A DNA stretch of 64,000 bases from Camelus dromedarius (Eukaryota): contig NC_087437.1 of assembly GCF_036321535.1 (NCBI RefSeq), forward strand, positions 19,346,001 to 19,410,000, given 5' to 3'. The position numbers were made by a program, and so were the translations under genes. Positions 62,158 to 64,000 of this stretch are shown piece after piece (position 1 is the stretch's first letter; each line of letters starts with the position of its first letter). The notes under the pieces were generated by a model. That model saw nothing but the letters and a program-made list of their open reading frames with translations. It had not been told where the DNA came from and ran no database searches.

Positions 62158-62540
62158 TCTTACAAAACAAAACTTGGGTCTGCTTGTCTGCGTGATTGAC
62201 ACTGGGTTTATTTTAAGGCCCCAGACCAGACAAGGAATCCAGGGCAGTTGCTCAAAAAATTGAAATGCTCAGAAAATCCAAACTCCTCAATGGGTTTCAG
62301 GGAAGTATTTTCAAATGTGAGGTGAGGGAGGCGTGTCCCAGAGTATGTAATCAGCTTGTGCAGAATTCTGATTGGTTGATTGCTTGATTCTTGACAAGAA
62401 TCATAAATTCTTGAGCCAGGTTTTTGTGACTCAGGGGAAGCCTGGGAGACTGTAGCTTTTCTACAAACAGGAGGTAGGCAGAGGACATGGAGGGGAGGGA
62501 CCTGTCCTGGGAAGACCTCACAGGGTCCTGCTCGGTTACA
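62158..62540 (-). mobile_element. ERV1-like LTR remnant
   Basis: Minus strand begins TGTAACCGAGCAGGACCC; AATAAA on the minus strand (~62210-62215); far end degenerate. Confidence 0.55.
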
Positions 62541-64000
62541 GTACCTTCCCTTTCTTAGATAAATAGTAGCATACCAAATACTTTTGAAAAAATTTAATGC
62601 AATATCCTAGAGATCACTCACAGCAACACAGGCAGACCTTCCTCCTCCCCTTTGACAGTGGCAGAGGGCTCCACTGTGTGGACGTGTTTATTGAATCCAT
62701 CCCCTACTGATGGACATGTTGGTTGTTTCCAGGCTTTTGCTATAATAAATGGTGTAGCAATAAGCAGGTGAAGTCTTTTTATATTTTTGTGAGTGTATCT
62801 TTGGGATAGATTCCTAGTGGTGGGAATGAAGAAGTCAGTCTTATTAGAGTTTCAGTCTGCTTTTGGTCTTAAGTGGCCATTTCATCCGATGGAAGATACT
62901 GTGGATAGAAGGACTGGAGATGTCCTGATTCCATGTCTTGCCATGTCATGACAGTGATGTGGGAATGGGTTTTGGTCAGAAGCAATTACTAAAGGAAATT
63001 TTCAGTGAGATGTCATTAGCAATTAGGTTGTATTAGAGTAACCAAAAGATGGAAATTTATCTGACATCCCTCCCCTGGGACATGCCCACAAAAGGACTAA
63101 AGTGGGAGGTAAGGCAGTTTATCTGAGAAGCTGGCCAATGAGGAGCAGCCTTTGGCAAGTTTTAGACAGAAGACAGATGTAGGCAGATTCTTAACCCCCG
63201 TGGTTCTTGCTCTGGTTTCAGTAAGCCCATTAGGCCAGTGGCTGGGTCGAAGTGGCCAATTTATTTAAACATTTTTTAAATCACTTGTCTTTCTCTTGGA
63301 GTAGTCTTTCTCAAGTACTTGGTGTACTTGGCCTTCAGGCACTGACATTTAACACAAGATTTATACATTTTGTCTTTTCACCTTGATGAGACTCATATCT
63401 TTTTGGCCAGTAATAAATTTGAAAAAAAAATGCATTATACATATTCACAACTCCCCCCACCCCTGCCTTTTAGGGAGGACGGTGGTTTTGTGTATTTTAT
63501 CCTAGGCCTTCTTGCGGTGCTCATCGGAGTGGAAGGGAGGGTTGGAGGTGGCCAGAAAGGCTGAGTTAGTGGTCAGGGCAAGCGCAGGCAGCTATCCTCT
63601 TGGAAGAAAAGGGGAGACTGGGAAAAGGTGAGGGATGGGGGTGAGGAGGCGGGAGTCCTTGCAGAGTCAAGGACTTTTCAGAAGTAATTGTTATGACCAT
63701 ATATGGGTTTTGTGCTGATGATACTGTCCTGGGTAAGATATGCCTCCCTCGAGTCTTCATTTTCAGAAGACAATAAGGCTCAGAGAGGCTTGGGACTTGC
63801 TCGAGGTCACATGGGACTGAATTTGCGTCTGGCCCTGCGTGACCCAAAACCCAGGGTCTAAACCCCCTATTATCTCCTGAGTGAAGCAGAGATCTCTGGG
63901 GCTCTTGGCAGGCTGGCTCTGATAAATAAGCCGGCAGAAGAAAACCCTAGAGAGGATGTAAGTCTCCCCCGCCGTTATCAATATGGGAGCAGGACTGGAA

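Noticed and set aside
1..64000. CRISPR arrays, operons, rRNA or a novel multi-gene system
   Set aside because: This is eukaryotic intron-rich DNA with no regularly spaced repeat-spacer array, no rRNA-like sequence and no further credible coding genes.

Overview
Mammalian genomic DNA covering the RBP2-RBP1 cellular retinol-binding protein locus, with both genes on the minus strand. It is most likely camelid, judged from its Vic-1-like tRNA-derived SINEs and L1 3' ends. The window holds the complete four-exon RBP1 gene (CDS join 59408-59336, 58824-58646, 36184-36083, 33654-33601; 135 aa; all GT-AG junctions; ~22.5 kb intron 2). RBP1 has a CpG-island promoter and an upstream DR2 retinoic-acid response element. 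RBP2 is represented by exon 1 (6552-6480) and its TATA/CDX/GATA/HNF4-DR1 promoter; exons 2-4 lie left of the window. The rest is intronic or intergenic sequence rich in interspersed repeats: L1, L2, MIR, tRNA-SINEs, ERV1 solo LTRs, an ERV1-like internal region, MaLRs, and Tigger and hAT MITEs. Almost all listed ORFs are spurious. I found no convincing new multi-gene system. The most notable items are a ~365-bp local duplication upstream of RBP2, a 67-bp inverted templated copy inside a microsatellite in RBP1 intron 2, and a 1-nt frameshift that uncouples the human-like RBP1 N-terminal extension. Several young insertions with clean target-site duplications (TSDs) and candidate nuclear-receptor or enhancer motifs are also noted. 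Repeat family names come from recalled consensus sequences, not database searches.
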